Source: Pseudocitrobacter faecalis
GTDB taxonomy: Bacteria; Pseudomonadota; Gammaproteobacteria; Enterobacterales; Enterobacteriaceae
Assembly (NCBI RefSeq): GCF_003315335.1
Contig: NZ_QNRL01000003.1
Length of the DNA: 40,000 nt
Reading direction: 5' to 3' (one strand)
Below, piece by piece: positions 1-9,106 of the stretch (positions are counted from its first letter, which is position 1; every line of letters starts with the position of its first letter). The notes under the pieces were generated by a model. That model saw nothing but the letters and a program-made list of their open reading frames with translations. It was not told the origin of the DNA and ran no database searches. Both the position numbers and the translations under genes were made by a program.

Positions 1-1436
1 TTAAAAATAACATTCATTGGGTTGGCCAACGTGACTGGGAAGTGCGTGATTTTCACGGTACCGAATATAAAACGCTGCGTGGCAGCAGCTATAACAGCTA
101 TCTGATCCGTGAAGGTAAAAATGTCCTGATCGACACCGTTGACCATAAATTCAGCCGCGAATTCGTGCAGAACCTGCGCAGCGAAATCGACCTGAACGAC
201 ATCGACTACATCATTATCAACCACGCGGAAGAAGACCACGCCGGTGCGCTGACGGAGCTGATGTCTTACATCCCGAACACCCCGATTTACTGCACCACCA
301 ACGCCATTGATTCCATCAACGGCCACCACCACCACCCGGAATGGAATTTCCATACGGTGAAAACCGGCGACAGCCTGGATATCGGCAACGGCAAACAATT
401 GATCTTCGTTGAAACTCCGATGCTGCACTGGCCGGACAGTATGATGACTTACATGACAGGCGACGCGGTTCTGTTCAGTAACGACGCCTTTGGTCAGCAC
501 TACTGCGACGAACGTCTGTTCAACGACGAAGTGGATCAGACCGAACTGTTCGAACAGTGCCAGCGCTACTACGCCAATATCCTGACGCCGTTCAGCCGTC
601 TGGTGACGCCAAAAATTACCGAGATCCTTGGCTTCAATCTGCCGGTCGATATGATTGCCACCTCCCACGGTGTGGTATGGCGTGACAACCCGACGCAAAT
701 CGTTGAGCTGTATCTGAAATGGGCGGCCGATTATCAGGAAGACCGCATCACGATTTTCTACGACACCATGTCGAACAACACCCGCATGATGGCGGACGCG
801 ATTGCTCAGGGCATCAATGAAGTTGACCCACGCGTGGCGGTGAAAATCTTCAACGTCGCCCGCAGCGATAAAAACGAAATCCTGACCAACGTTTTCCGTT
901 CTAAGGGCGTGCTGGTCGGGACATCAACCATGAACAACGTGATGATGCCGAAAATCGCCGGTCTGGTCGAAGAGATGACCGGTCTGCGTTTCCGTAACAA
1001 ACGTGCCAGCGCATTCGGTTCACATGGCTGGAGCGGCGGCGCGGTTGACCGTCTCTCTACCCGCTTGCAGGATGCCGGTTTTGAAATGTCGCTGAGCCTG
1101 AAAGCCAAATGGCGTCCTGACTTTGACGCACTGGAAGTGTGTCGCGAACACGGTCGTGAAATCGCCCGCCAGTGGGCGCTTGCGCCGCTGCCAGAGGTGA
1201 GCGCGAAAGTGACAACCGCGCAGGAAGAATGTGCCTGTGCAGCCGCCGCTGCCGCCGACCTCGGCCCAAGCATGCAGTGCAGCGTCTGCCAGTGGATTTA
1301 CGATCCGGCAAAAGGCGAGCCGAACCAGGATGTCCAGCCGGGCACGCCCTGGAGCGAGGTACCGGACAACTTCCTGTGCCCGGAATGCTCACTGGGTAAA
1401 GACGTCTTCGACGTACTGGCAACGGAGGCAAAATGA
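1..1436 (+). CDS. norV: Anaerobic nitric oxide reductase flavorubredoxin, 5' end cut by the window edge (in frame from nt 3: [14 protein letters not shown]...)
   Basis: Near-identical to recalled E. coli NorV, including the metallo-beta-lactamase HxExDH motif (NHAEEDHAG) and a C-terminal rubredoxin with CSVCQ...CPEC. The track's GTG start at 42 is internal because the frame stays open to the window edge. TGA at 1434-1436 overlaps the norW ATG (ATGA). Confidence 0.95.
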   Translation, partial: KNNIHWVGQRDWEVRDFHGTEYKTLRGSSYNSYLIREGKNVLIDTVDHKFSREFVQNLRSEIDLNDIDYIIINHAEEDHAGALTELMSYIPNTPIYCTTNAIDSINGHHHHPEWNFHTVKTGDSLDIGNGKQLIFVETPMLHWPDSMMTYMTGDAVLFSNDAFGQHYCDERLFNDEVDQTELFEQCQRYYANILTPFSRLVTPKITEILGFNLPVDMIATSHGVVWRDNPTQIVELYLKWAADYQEDRITIFYDTMSNNTRMMADAIAQGINEVDPRVAVKIFNVARSDKNEILTNVFRSKGVLVGTSTMNNVMMPKIAGLVEEMTGLRFRNKRASAFGSHGWSGGAVDRLSTRLQDAGFEMSLSLKAKWRPDFDALEVCREHGREIARQWALAPLPEVSAKVTTAQEECACAAAAAADLGPSMQCSVCQWIYDPAKGEPNQDVQPGTPWSEVPDNFLCPECSLGKDVFDVLATEAK

Positions 1437-2566
1437 AGAATGGCATCGTGATCATCGGCTCGGGCTTTGCGGCCCGCCAGTTGGTGAAAAACATTCGCAA
1501 ACAGGATGCCGCCGTGCCGCTGACGTTAATTGCCGCCGACAGCATTGATGAGTACAACAAGCCGGATCTCAGCCACGTTGTCAGCCGGGGGCAAACCGCC
1601 GCCGACCTGACGTTGCAAACTGCGGGCGAGTTTGCCGAGCAGTACAACCTGAATCTGTTTCCGCAAACCTGGGTGAGCGACATTGATGCACAGGCCAAAG
1701 TGGTGAAAAGTCAGGACAGAGAGTGGCGCTACGACAAACTGGTGCTGGCGACAGGCGCATCGACCATCGTACCGCCAGTTCCCGGAAAAGAGCTGATGCT
1801 GACCCTCAACAGCCAGCAGGAATTCGGGGCCGCGCAGAGTACCCTGCGTGATGCGCAGCGCGTACTGATTATCGGCGGCGGGCTGATTGGCACCGAACTG
1901 GCGATGGACTTCAGCCGCGCAGGCAAAGCGGTGACGGTAGTGGATAACTCCGCCTGCATTCTGGCGTCACTGATGCCGCCGGAAGTGAGCAGCCGCCTGC
2001 AACATCGCCTGACCGACATGGGCGTACATTTGCTGCTGAAAACCCAGTTACAGTCGCTGGCGCAAACTTCCACCGGGATTGTGGCGCAGTTTGACCGCAA
2101 TCGTCAGGTGGAGGTGGATGCGGTCGTCGCCGCAACGGGTTTGCGCCCGGAAACCGCGCTGGCGCGACACGCGGGTGTCGAGATCAATCGCGGCGTGAAG
2201 GTCAACAGCGCGATGCAAACCAGTAACCCGGATATCTACGCACTGGGCGACTGCGCGGAAATCAACGGCGCCGTGCTGCCCTTCCTGCAACCAATTCTGC
2301 TAAGTGCGATGTGTCTGGCGAAGAATCTGCTCGGCCAGAGCGGTGAACTGAAATTGCCGCACATGCTGGTGAAAGTAAAAACGCCGGATCTGCCGCTGCA
2401 TCTGGCGGGGGAAACGCGCCGTCAGGATCTGAACTGGACTATCGCCACCAGCGCGCAGGGTATGCTTGCCCAGGGCTATGATGAAAGCCAGCAGCTTCGC
2501 GCCTTTGTGGTGAGTGAAGAGAGAATGAAGGAGGCGTTTAGCCTGTTGAAATTATTGCCGAACTGA
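1433..2566 (+). CDS. norW: NADH:flavorubredoxin oxidoreductase
   Basis: 377 aa with an N-terminal GSGFAA dinucleotide-binding motif, translationally coupled to norV, in the synteny recalled for E. coli. Confidence 0.95.
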   Translation: MKNGIVIIGSGFAARQLVKNIRKQDAAVPLTLIAADSIDEYNKPDLSHVVSRGQTAADLTLQTAGEFAEQYNLNLFPQTWVSDIDAQAKVVKSQDREWRYDKLVLATGASTIVPPVPGKELMLTLNSQQEFGAAQSTLRDAQRVLIIGGGLIGTELAMDFSRAGKAVTVVDNSACILASLMPPEVSSRLQHRLTDMGVHLLLKTQLQSLAQTSTGIVAQFDRNRQVEVDAVVAATGLRPETALARHAGVEINRGVKVNSAMQTSNPDIYALGDCAEINGAVLPFLQPILLSAMCLAKNLLGQSGELKLPHMLVKVKTPDLPLHLAGETRRQDLNWTIATSAQGMLAQGYDESQQLRAFVVSEERMKEAFSLLKLLPN

Positions 2567-2658
2567 TTTGCTACGCCATTGCTGAACTTAACCTTGCTCG
2601 CGAAGTTTGCAGAGCCCTTCTTAACCTCAGATACATGGACGTATCGCGTCTGATTGTT

Positions 2659-2684
2659 GCCCCGGTCGCCGGGGCTTTTTTTTT
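2659..2684 (+). terminator. Rho-independent terminator of norVW
   Basis: Stem gccccgg (2659-2665), loop tcg, stem ccggggc (2669-2675), followed directly by a T9 run (2676-2684). Confidence 0.75.
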
Positions 2685-2703
2685 GGATCCGTGCGCACAT
2701 TAT

Positions 2704-2736
2704 TGTCGGGTGGCGGCTACGCCTTACCCGACCTAC
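2704..2736. repeat. Single REP-like palindromic element
   Basis: tgtcgggtggcggctacgccttacccgacctac is the same family as the gtaggtcgggtaagcg...cccgaca units at 24.6-25.0 kb. It sits between the convergent norW and hypF. Confidence 0.5.
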
Positions 2737-2772
2737 CTTTTGCATCATCAGACAACCTCATACCATCCGGCA

Positions 2773-4989
2773 TCACGCGCATCTGGCCGCTGCAACCACC
2801 GCCTGCCCGAACGCAATTGCCCCATCACCTGCGGGCAAACTGTGCGGGAAAAGCAGCGTAAAATCGGCCAGATGGTGTTGCAACCGCGCACGCAGCAGCG
2901 CGTTATGCAGCACACCGCCACCAAATGCCAGCGTGGTTATCCCGCGCATCTGCGCTTCACGGCGCATCACACCGCCCAGCCCCTGCGCCAGCGCATCGTG
3001 AAACGCCCACGCCTTTTCCGCCGGGCTGGCCTGCCACGCCAGCCACTGCGGCCAGAATTCTGCCAGGTCAAACCGTGCACTTTGCAGCGGATGTTCAACG
3101 CCAGCACACGTCGCCGCCAGCGCTTCCAGACGACAGGCCGCCTCACCTTCATAACTCAACGTCAGCGGCGCACAGCCCAGCGCACAGGCCACCGCATCAA
3201 ACAATCGCCCGCACGATGACGCGCGCGGCGCATTAATACTGCGTTCAATCGCCCGCGCCAGTAGCGGCCAGTTTTGCTCGCGCACAGAGGCGGTTTCCGG
3301 ATAACGTTCCCACTCCGGCACAAACGCCAGGCAGTGCGCCAGCAGGTTACGCCACGGCTGACGTGCCGCCAGGTCGCCCCCCGGCAACGCTACCGCAGGC
3401 AGGCCGCCAAGATGTTCACACTCGCGGTAGTTCACACGTAGACATTCACCGCCCCACAACGCGCCCTCTTCCCCCATGCCAATGCCGTCCAGCGCCAGTC
3501 CAATCACATCACCGCCGTCCAGCGGCCAGTTGTGTTCCGCCAGGCACGCAGCGATATGCGCATGGTGATGGAGCACCGTTTGATGGGGTAAATCGCGGGC
3601 CGCAGCCCACTGTGAGGAGTGATAGCCGGGATGCGCATCCGCCACCACTGCCTGCGGGGTAAAATCGTAGATAGCCTGCATCAAACGCAACGACTGCTGC
3701 CATTGCGCCTCGACACCTTCATCAGTCAGGTCGCCAAAATGCTGGCTCAACACCGCCTGCTCGCCGCGCACCAGACTGAAGGTATTTTTCAGATCCGCAC
3801 CCAGACAAAGCATCGGCGGAATATCGTGAAAACCTGGCGGCAGTGGAATCGCATCCGGCACATAGCCGCGCGACCGGCGCAGCATTTCACCGCTTTGCCG
3901 CACTACCGAGTCATCCATCCGCTGCACAATATCGCGATTATGCAGTAAAAATCCGTCGGCGATATCCACGAGATCCGCCAGCGCCAGCGCATTGGTCAGC
4001 GCCGGTGGTTTACCGCTGAGATTCCCGGAGGTCATCACTAGTGGGCGATTCAACGCCTGCATCAACAAATGCTGAACAGGGTTAGCCGGGAGCATGACGC
4101 CAACTTCCGCCAGCCCCGGCGCAATATCTTCGCACAGGCCGCTGACGCAGCTTTTCTCCACCAGCACAATCGGTGCTGCGGGCGTGCGCAGTAATCGGCT
4201 GGCGTCATCAGGTAAATGGGATGTGTCGGGGATCATCACCGCCAGCGGTTTCGCCGGGCGATGTTTCCGGGTGCGCAGTGTCGCCACCGCGCGGGCATTA
4301 CCCGCATCACAGGCCAGATGAAAACCACCCAGCCCCTTGATAGCTACAATGCCACCCGACGTGAGAAGCGCAATCGCCGCCTGCAGCGCCGCCTCGTGAT
4401 GCACCGGTTCGCCCCCGGCATACCACGACAACCACGGGCCACACTCGGCGCAGGCCACTGGCTGGGCGTGAAAGCGACGATCGTAAGGATTGCGGTACTC
4501 CGCCTCGCAGGCGGAACACAGTGGAAACGCCGCCATCACCGTCAGCGGACGGTCGTACGGCATGGCGTTGATAATGGTGAACCGTGGGCCACAGTGGGTA
4601 CAGTTGATAAAAGGATAACGATAACGGCGCTCCTGCGGGTCATTCATCTCCGCAAGACACGCCGGGCAGGTGGCCGCATCCGGGACAATCTGCGTGCTCA
4701 TCGCCCCCGCGCCGCTTTCGCGGATCACGAAATCGTCAGGCACGTTCTGCCACACATAAGGCTGCACCTGCGTCTCATCAATGCGCGCCAGCGGCGGGCA
4801 GTGTTGATGAAGCGCGGCAAGGAAATCCGCTTCTTCGCCCAGCAAACGAACGAGCACCCCCGCACCGTCGTTGCAGACATCACCAAAGCGTGCCTGCTGC
4901 TGAGCCAGTTGCCAGACAAAGGGGCGGAAGCCCACCCCCTGTACTTTTCCGCGGATGCGGATTTCGACGCCGTTATGCGTTATCGTCAT
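2773..4989 (-). CDS. hypF: Carbamoyltransferase HypF ([NiFe] hydrogenase maturation)
   Basis: 738 aa with an acylphosphatase-like N-terminus ([15 protein letters not shown]), two CxxC zinc-finger pairs and YrdC/Kae1-like domains. Collinear with recalled E. coli HypF. Its start lies 3 nt after the stop of the upstream fdhF-like gene. Confidence 0.95.
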   Translation of the reverse strand: MTITHNGVEIRIRGKVQGVGFRPFVWQLAQQQARFGDVCNDGAGVLVRLLGEEADFLAALHQHCPPLARIDETQVQPYVWQNVPDDFVIRESGAGAMSTQIVPDAATCPACLAEMNDPQERRYRYPFINCTHCGPRFTIINAMPYDRPLTVMAAFPLCSACEAEYRNPYDRRFHAQPVACAECGPWLSWYAGGEPVHHEAALQAAIALLTSGGIVAIKGLGGFHLACDAGNARAVATLRTRKHRPAKPLAVMIPDTSHLPDDASRLLRTPAAPIVLVEKSCVSGLCEDIAPGLAEVGVMLPANPVQHLLMQALNRPLVMTSGNLSGKPPALTNALALADLVDIADGFLLHNRDIVQRMDDSVVRQSGEMLRRSRGYVPDAIPLPPGFHDIPPMLCLGADLKNTFSLVRGEQAVLSQHFGDLTDEGVEAQWQQSLRLMQAIYDFTPQAVVADAHPGYHSSQWAAARDLPHQTVLHHHAHIAACLAEHNWPLDGGDVIGLALDGIGMGEEGALWGGECLRVNYRECEHLGGLPAVALPGGDLAARQPWRNLLAHCLAFVPEWERYPETASVREQNWPLLARAIERSINAPRASSCGRLFDAVACALGCAPLTLSYEGEAACRLEALAATCAGVEHPLQSARFDLAEFWPQWLAWQASPAEKAWAFHDALAQGLGGVMRREAQMRGITTLAFGGGVLHNALLRARLQHHLADFTLLFPHSLPAGDGAIAFGQAVVAAARCA

Positions 4990-4992
4990 TCA

Positions 4993-7143
4993 TTACCCTG
5001 CTACCGCCTCGCGCAGGCGGGATTTCATCGACTGGTAGCTTTCCAGCGCGTAGTTTTCCGCCCAGTTCTGATCCTCAATCGCACTGATATTCACCGCACA
5101 ATACTTGGTTTCCGGCGTTTTGGAGATAGGATCGAGGTTGTCCTGGGTCAGTTCGTTACAGGCACCAATCCACCACTGGTAGGTCATATAGACGCTGCCG
5201 TGATTAATACGCTCGTTGACGTTGGCACGCGTAATGACTTTACCGCGGCGCGACGCCACCCACACCAGTTGCTTATCTTTGATCCCCAGTTTCTGCGCAT
5301 CCTGCGGGTTAATCTGCACAAAGCCTGGCTCATCGGCCAGTGATTGCAGCGCCGCGCAGTTACCGGTCATCGAACGGCAGGAGTAATGCCCCACTTCGCG
5401 AACGGTGCACAGCACCAGCGGATAGTTGTCATCCGGGCGTTCGGCGGGTGCACGCCACGGCGCGGCAAACAGATGACCTTTGCCATCCGGGGTATCGAAC
5501 TGATTGCCTGCGTACAGATACGGCGTGCCTGGATGATCGAGCGTCGGGCACGGCCACTGAACGTGCCCCATGTCGCCCATTTTATCGTAAGTCACGCCAA
5601 AGAAGAGCGGGCAAAGCTCACGCATTTCGTCCCAGATTTGCTGGTTATTGTCGTAATGCATCGGATAGCCCATTTTCTGGGCAATCAGGCTGATAATTTC
5701 CCAGTCACGTTTGACGTTATATTTTGGCTCAATGGCTTTTTCGAAACGCTGGAAGCCGCGGTCAGCGCAGGTGAAGACGCCGCCGTGTTCACCCCAGGAG
5801 GTGGCGGGCAGCAGCACATCAGCCTGCTCGGCGGTTTTGGTCATAAAGATGTCCTGCACCACCACGAAATCAAGCGCTTCGAACCCTTTGCGCACCAGGC
5901 CTAAGTCGGCCTCAGTTTGCAGCGGATCTTCACCCATGATGTAGTAGGCTTTCACCTTCCCTTCCAGCGCCAGATGCGGCACTTCGGTAATGCGCACGCC
6001 CACTTTGTCGTCCATCAGGCTGGCGTCAATGCCCCAGGCGTTGGCGAATTTCGCCCGCACCTCGGCATCCACCACGTCCTGATAACCAGGGAACTGGTTG
6101 GGGATCACGCCCATATCGCACGCGCCCTGCACGTTATTCTGACCGCGCACCGGGCCGACGCCAACATGTTCGCGGCCCAGGTTACCGGTGAGCAGCGCAA
6201 GCGTCGCCAGCCCTTTAACCACATCCACGGCCTGACCAAACTGGGTGACGCCCATGCCCCACATAATGGTGGCGCTGGGTGCCGCCGCGTAGGTACGCAT
6301 CGCCTGACGAATCTGTTGTGCCGTCACGCCGGTCAGCGCTTCCACCGCTTCCGGCGCGTAATCTTTCACGATTTCACGCAGCTCGTCGATACCGGTGGTG
6401 TAGCGCGCAACGTATTCTTTGTCGTAGAGATTTTCTTCCAGCAGCACATGGGAAAACGCATTCACCAGCGCCATGTTGCAGCCGTTATTGATTTGCAGAT
6501 GCTGGTCGGCGATACGCGCGGTTTCAATGCGACGCGGGTCGCAGACGATAATTTTCGCGCCTTTCTCTTTTGCTTTAATCACGCGACGCGCCACGATAGG
6601 GTGCGAATCGGCGCAGTTGTAGCCAAAGACCAGCAGACAGCTTGAGTTTTCAATGTCTTCGATGGAGTTACTCATCGCGCCGTTGCCGAGCGCTTCCTGC
6701 AAGCCTGCGACGGAAGGCCCGTGGCAGACACGCGCGCAGCAATCGACGTTATTGGTATTGAGCACGCCGCGCGCAAATTTTTGCATCACATAGTTGGTTT
6801 CATTCCCGGTACCGCGCGATGACCCGGTGGTCATAATGGCGCGCGGGCCGTATTTCGCTTTGATCTCGCCTAAGCGTTTTGCCGTATAGCTGATGGCTTC
6901 ATCCCAGCTCACTGGCGTCAGTTTGCCGCCTTTTTCATAGCGGATCATCGGCTGCGTCAGGCGCGGCGTCAGCAGTTTGGTGTCGTTCAGGAAATCCCAG
7001 CCGTAATAGCCTTTCAGGCACAGTTCATGCTGGTTAGTTTTTCCATCGGCCGCTTCCGCGCGGATGATTTTATTGTTATCGACAACCAGCTTCAGTTTGC
7101 AGCCAGCACCACAATACGGACAAACACTTGTAATTTTTTTCAT
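4993..7143 (-). CDS. fdhF: Formate dehydrogenase-H homologue (molybdopterin enzyme), cysteine type rather than selenocysteine
   Basis: 716 aa, collinear with recalled E. coli FdhF (715 aa). The [4Fe-4S] ligands are present (CPYCGAGC...C42). The active-site stretch reads CCARVCHGPS where E. coli has CCARVUHGPS. Codon 140 is TGC (plus-strand gca at 6724-6726). His141 and the VRGQNNVQGACDMG arginine motif are conserved. Confidence 0.9.
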   Translation of the reverse strand: MKKITSVCPYCGAGCKLKLVVDNNKIIRAEAADGKTNQHELCLKGYYGWDFLNDTKLLTPRLTQPMIRYEKGGKLTPVSWDEAISYTAKRLGEIKAKYGPRAIMTTGSSRGTGNETNYVMQKFARGVLNTNNVDCCARVCHGPSVAGLQEALGNGAMSNSIEDIENSSCLLVFGYNCADSHPIVARRVIKAKEKGAKIIVCDPRRIETARIADQHLQINNGCNMALVNAFSHVLLEENLYDKEYVARYTTGIDELREIVKDYAPEAVEALTGVTAQQIRQAMRTYAAAPSATIMWGMGVTQFGQAVDVVKGLATLALLTGNLGREHVGVGPVRGQNNVQGACDMGVIPNQFPGYQDVVDAEVRAKFANAWGIDASLMDDKVGVRITEVPHLALEGKVKAYYIMGEDPLQTEADLGLVRKGFEALDFVVVQDIFMTKTAEQADVLLPATSWGEHGGVFTCADRGFQRFEKAIEPKYNVKRDWEIISLIAQKMGYPMHYDNNQQIWDEMRELCPLFFGVTYDKMGDMGHVQWPCPTLDHPGTPYLYAGNQFDTPDGKGHLFAAPWRAPAERPDDNYPLVLCTVREVGHYSCRSMTGNCAALQSLADEPGFVQINPQDAQKLGIKDKQLVWVASRRGKVITRANVNERINHGSVYMTYQWWIGACNELTQDNLDPISKTPETKYCAVNISAIEDQNWAENYALESYQSMKSRLREAVAG

Positions 7144-7179
7144 CAGTAACAGACCTGTTAAAAGTGAAACGGAGGATCA

Positions 7180-7725
7180 TTAAAACGACAGGGAAATCGA
7201 CGTATCGAGCGCAGCGCGGCGACGTTTCTCGGCGCTGATTTGCTCAAGCTTGTCGCGGTCAACGCAGAAAATCGCGTGGGTCGGGCAGGCTTCCATACAG
7301 GCCGGGCCTTGCTCGCGGTGGAAGCAAAGGTCACACTTGTTGGCTTCCGCTTTTTCGGCACGCACGTTGAGGCCCGCGCCGCTGTTGCGTACAACCGGGC
7401 GCACCACCACTTCCATCGCACCATACGGGCAGGCCACGACGCAGGTTTTGCAGCCGATGCAGCGTTCCTGCATCACATGCACAAAACCTTTTTCGCGGCG
7501 AATTGCCCCGTTCGGGCACACATTCGCACACGGCGCGTCTTCGCACTGGCGGCACGCGGTCGCGGTCGAGACATTTACGCCTTTAATGACATGAATACGC
7601 GGCAGGAAAGATTCCGGCGTCAGCGCGGCGCAATCCTGTTCGGCCTGGTGGCTGACCACGCATGCCACTTCGCATGTCCGGCAGCCTATACATTTACTCG
7701 CATCTGCAATGATGAAACGGTTCAT
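7180..7725 (-). CDS. hydN: Ferredoxin-like electron-transfer protein HydN (4x[4Fe-4S] type)
   Basis: Matches recalled E. coli HydN from MNRFIIADASKCIGCRTCEVAC. I chose the ATG at 7723-7725, preceded by a GGAGA Shine-Dalgarno, over the track's upstream start at 7779, which would run through the sigma54 promoter. Confidence 0.9.
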   Translation of the reverse strand: MNRFIIADASKCIGCRTCEVACVVSHQAEQDCAALTPESFLPRIHVIKGVNVSTATACRQCEDAPCANVCPNGAIRREKGFVHVMQERCIGCKTCVVACPYGAMEVVVRPVVRNSGAGLNVRAEKAEANKCDLCFHREQGPACMEACPTHAIFCVDRDKLEQISAEKRRRAALDTSISLSF

Positions 7726-7761
7726 CAAATTCTCCAGCAATGACAATGAATGAGCTGGAGA

Positions 7762-7779
7762 ATGCATTATTCGCGCCAA
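7762..7779 (-). promoter_or_regulatory. sigma54 (-24/-12) promoter of the hydN-fdhF-hypF operon
   Basis: The minus strand reads TTGGCGCGAATAATGCAT, giving GG-N10-GC spacing against the TGGCAC-N5-TTGCA consensus. It lies about 40 nt upstream of the hydN ATG. Confidence 0.6.
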
Positions 7780-7831
7780 CTTTTATTTTACTGTTTATTA
7801 AGGATTTTTTATTTGAAGCGCTGTGTCTAAC

Positions 7832-7861
7832 CCTGTCATCGTCACGAGTGACGATGACAGG
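7832..7861. promoter_or_regulatory. Perfect palindrome: candidate FhlA upstream activating sequence for hydN and/or hairpin downstream of ascG
   Basis: cctgtcatcgtcac-ga-gtgacgatgacagg has 14-bp perfect arms. It is centred about 75 bp upstream of the sigma54 core element and shares the TGTCAT motif seen in the hyc-hyp control region. It starts 9 nt past the ascG stop. Confidence 0.45.
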
Positions 7862-7869
7862 TGACGAGA

Positions 7870-8883
7870 TTAACCCTGCGGGCCTGCGCCCAGAGAGTCG
7901 CGCGCGATAAGCTCGCCGAGGAAGGAAGGTTGAGGTTTGAACTCGCCGCCGTCGAGCATGAAAATCAGGCGATGGATAATCTCCTGAATCATCTCTGTCA
8001 CCGGGATTTTAACGCTTGAGAGCGAAGGCATCATGTAAGGCGCGAGCGCGATATCATCAAAACCGACGACGGAAACCTGCTCCGGCACGCGTAAACCGCG
8101 CGACTGTAGCTGTTTCATCGCCCCGATGGCCATGTCATCGTTACTGGCAACCAGCGCGCTAAAGCTAACGCCGCGATCAAGCAGCGTATCGACACCCGCC
8201 GAACCGGTCGCTGGCGTCCATTTCCCATCGACAATCAGCGCATCTTGCAGTGGGATATTGTGTTCAGCCAGAGCGGCTTTGTAGCCTGACAAGCGTTCAA
8301 TGCCGGTTGGCGAATCAAGCGACCCGGTGATAAACGCGATATCGCGATGCCCCTGTTGAATCAGCTTTTCCACCGCATTCTGGCTGGTACGCGCCTGGTC
8401 GCAGTAAACGCAGTGGCTGAGGTTACGACGCAGGCGACGGTTGAGCACCAGCACCGGCTGTTCATGCTGCTGAATAAGTTCGTCGATTTCGTCAACGCTG
8501 AGAAAACGCGGGTAGATAATGATGCCGTCGCAGCGCATATCGAGCAGATACTGAATCGCCGCCCGCTCCTCTTCCGCGCTGTGTTTACCATCAGCGAGGA
8601 TCAACTGGCGGCCCTGATTTTCCGTCATCCGCGCAGCGTGAAACAGCAGCTCGCTGAAATAGACGCCGTGATACAGGGTATTGGTGACCACCAGCCCCAG
8701 CGTCTGGGTGCGTTTGGTCGCCAGATTACGCGCCAGCAGATTAGGACGATAGCCGCACTCTTCAATCGCCTGCCATACCCGGTCTTTGGTTTCCTGACCC
8801 ACATAGCCGTTGCCGGTCAGCACGCGTGAGACCGTCGCTTTCGACACGCCAGCCAGCTTTGCCACCTCCAGCATCGTCGCCAT
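7870..8883 (-). CDS. ascG: LacI/GalR-family repressor of the asc (arbutin/salicin/cellobiose) operon
   Basis: 337 aa with an N-terminal helix-turn-helix (MLEVAKLAGVSKATVSRVL). Collinear with recalled E. coli AscG and divergent from ascF. Confidence 0.93.
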   Translation of the reverse strand: MATMLEVAKLAGVSKATVSRVLTGNGYVGQETKDRVWQAIEECGYRPNLLARNLATKRTQTLGLVVTNTLYHGVYFSELLFHAARMTENQGRQLILADGKHSAEEERAAIQYLLDMRCDGIIIYPRFLSVDEIDELIQQHEQPVLVLNRRLRRNLSHCVYCDQARTSQNAVEKLIQQGHRDIAFITGSLDSPTGIERLSGYKAALAEHNIPLQDALIVDGKWTPATGSAGVDTLLDRGVSFSALVASNDDMAIGAMKQLQSRGLRVPEQVSVVGFDDIALAPYMMPSLSSVKIPVTEMIQEIIHRLIFMLDGGEFKPQPSFLGELIARDSLGAGPQG

Positions 8884-9032
8884 TTCGCTTCCCTCGTCAA
8901 AAATGATGGGCAGCAGTGTACTTCAGCCACCGCCCTTTTTCAGCTTTTGCCGTTCATGGCGATCTCAATCACAAATTTAAAAAATGAATTTTTACTCTCT
9001 TGCCAGTGATTGTGAAACTCTTCATGATTTTG

Positions 9033-9061
9033 TGGAACCGGTTTCCTATGCAACGTTTCAT
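9033..9061. promoter_or_regulatory. Two adjacent LacI/GalR-type operator candidates in the ascG-ascF divergent region
   Basis: tggaaccggtttcc (9033-9046) and atgcaacgtttcat (9048-9061) each fit TGNAANCGNTTNCA with one or two mismatches and have a central CG. A weak CRP-like tgtgaaactcttcatg lies at 9011-9026. Confidence 0.4.
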
Positions 9062-9106
9062 CGCATGGCGATGAGTCCCCTACAGATAAAAACAGGATAG
9101 ATTCCG

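Noticed and set aside
6680-6726. Looked for an in-frame TGA (selenocysteine) and a SECIS element in the fdhF homologue
   Set aside because: The ORF is uninterrupted and codon 140 is TGC, so no recoding is needed. I cannot judge by eye whether the downstream sequence still folds like a SECIS. The Cys substitution is reported as a finding instead.
7726-7779. N-terminal extensions offered by the ORF track: hydN from 7779, hypE from 23437, pflC-like from 29512, hycE from 16808
   Set aside because: Homologue N-termini, Shine-Dalgarno positions and ATGA/TAATG coupling support the internal starts at 7725, 23551, 29581 and 16802. The hydN extension would run across its own sigma54 promoter, and the hypE extension lies inside hypD.
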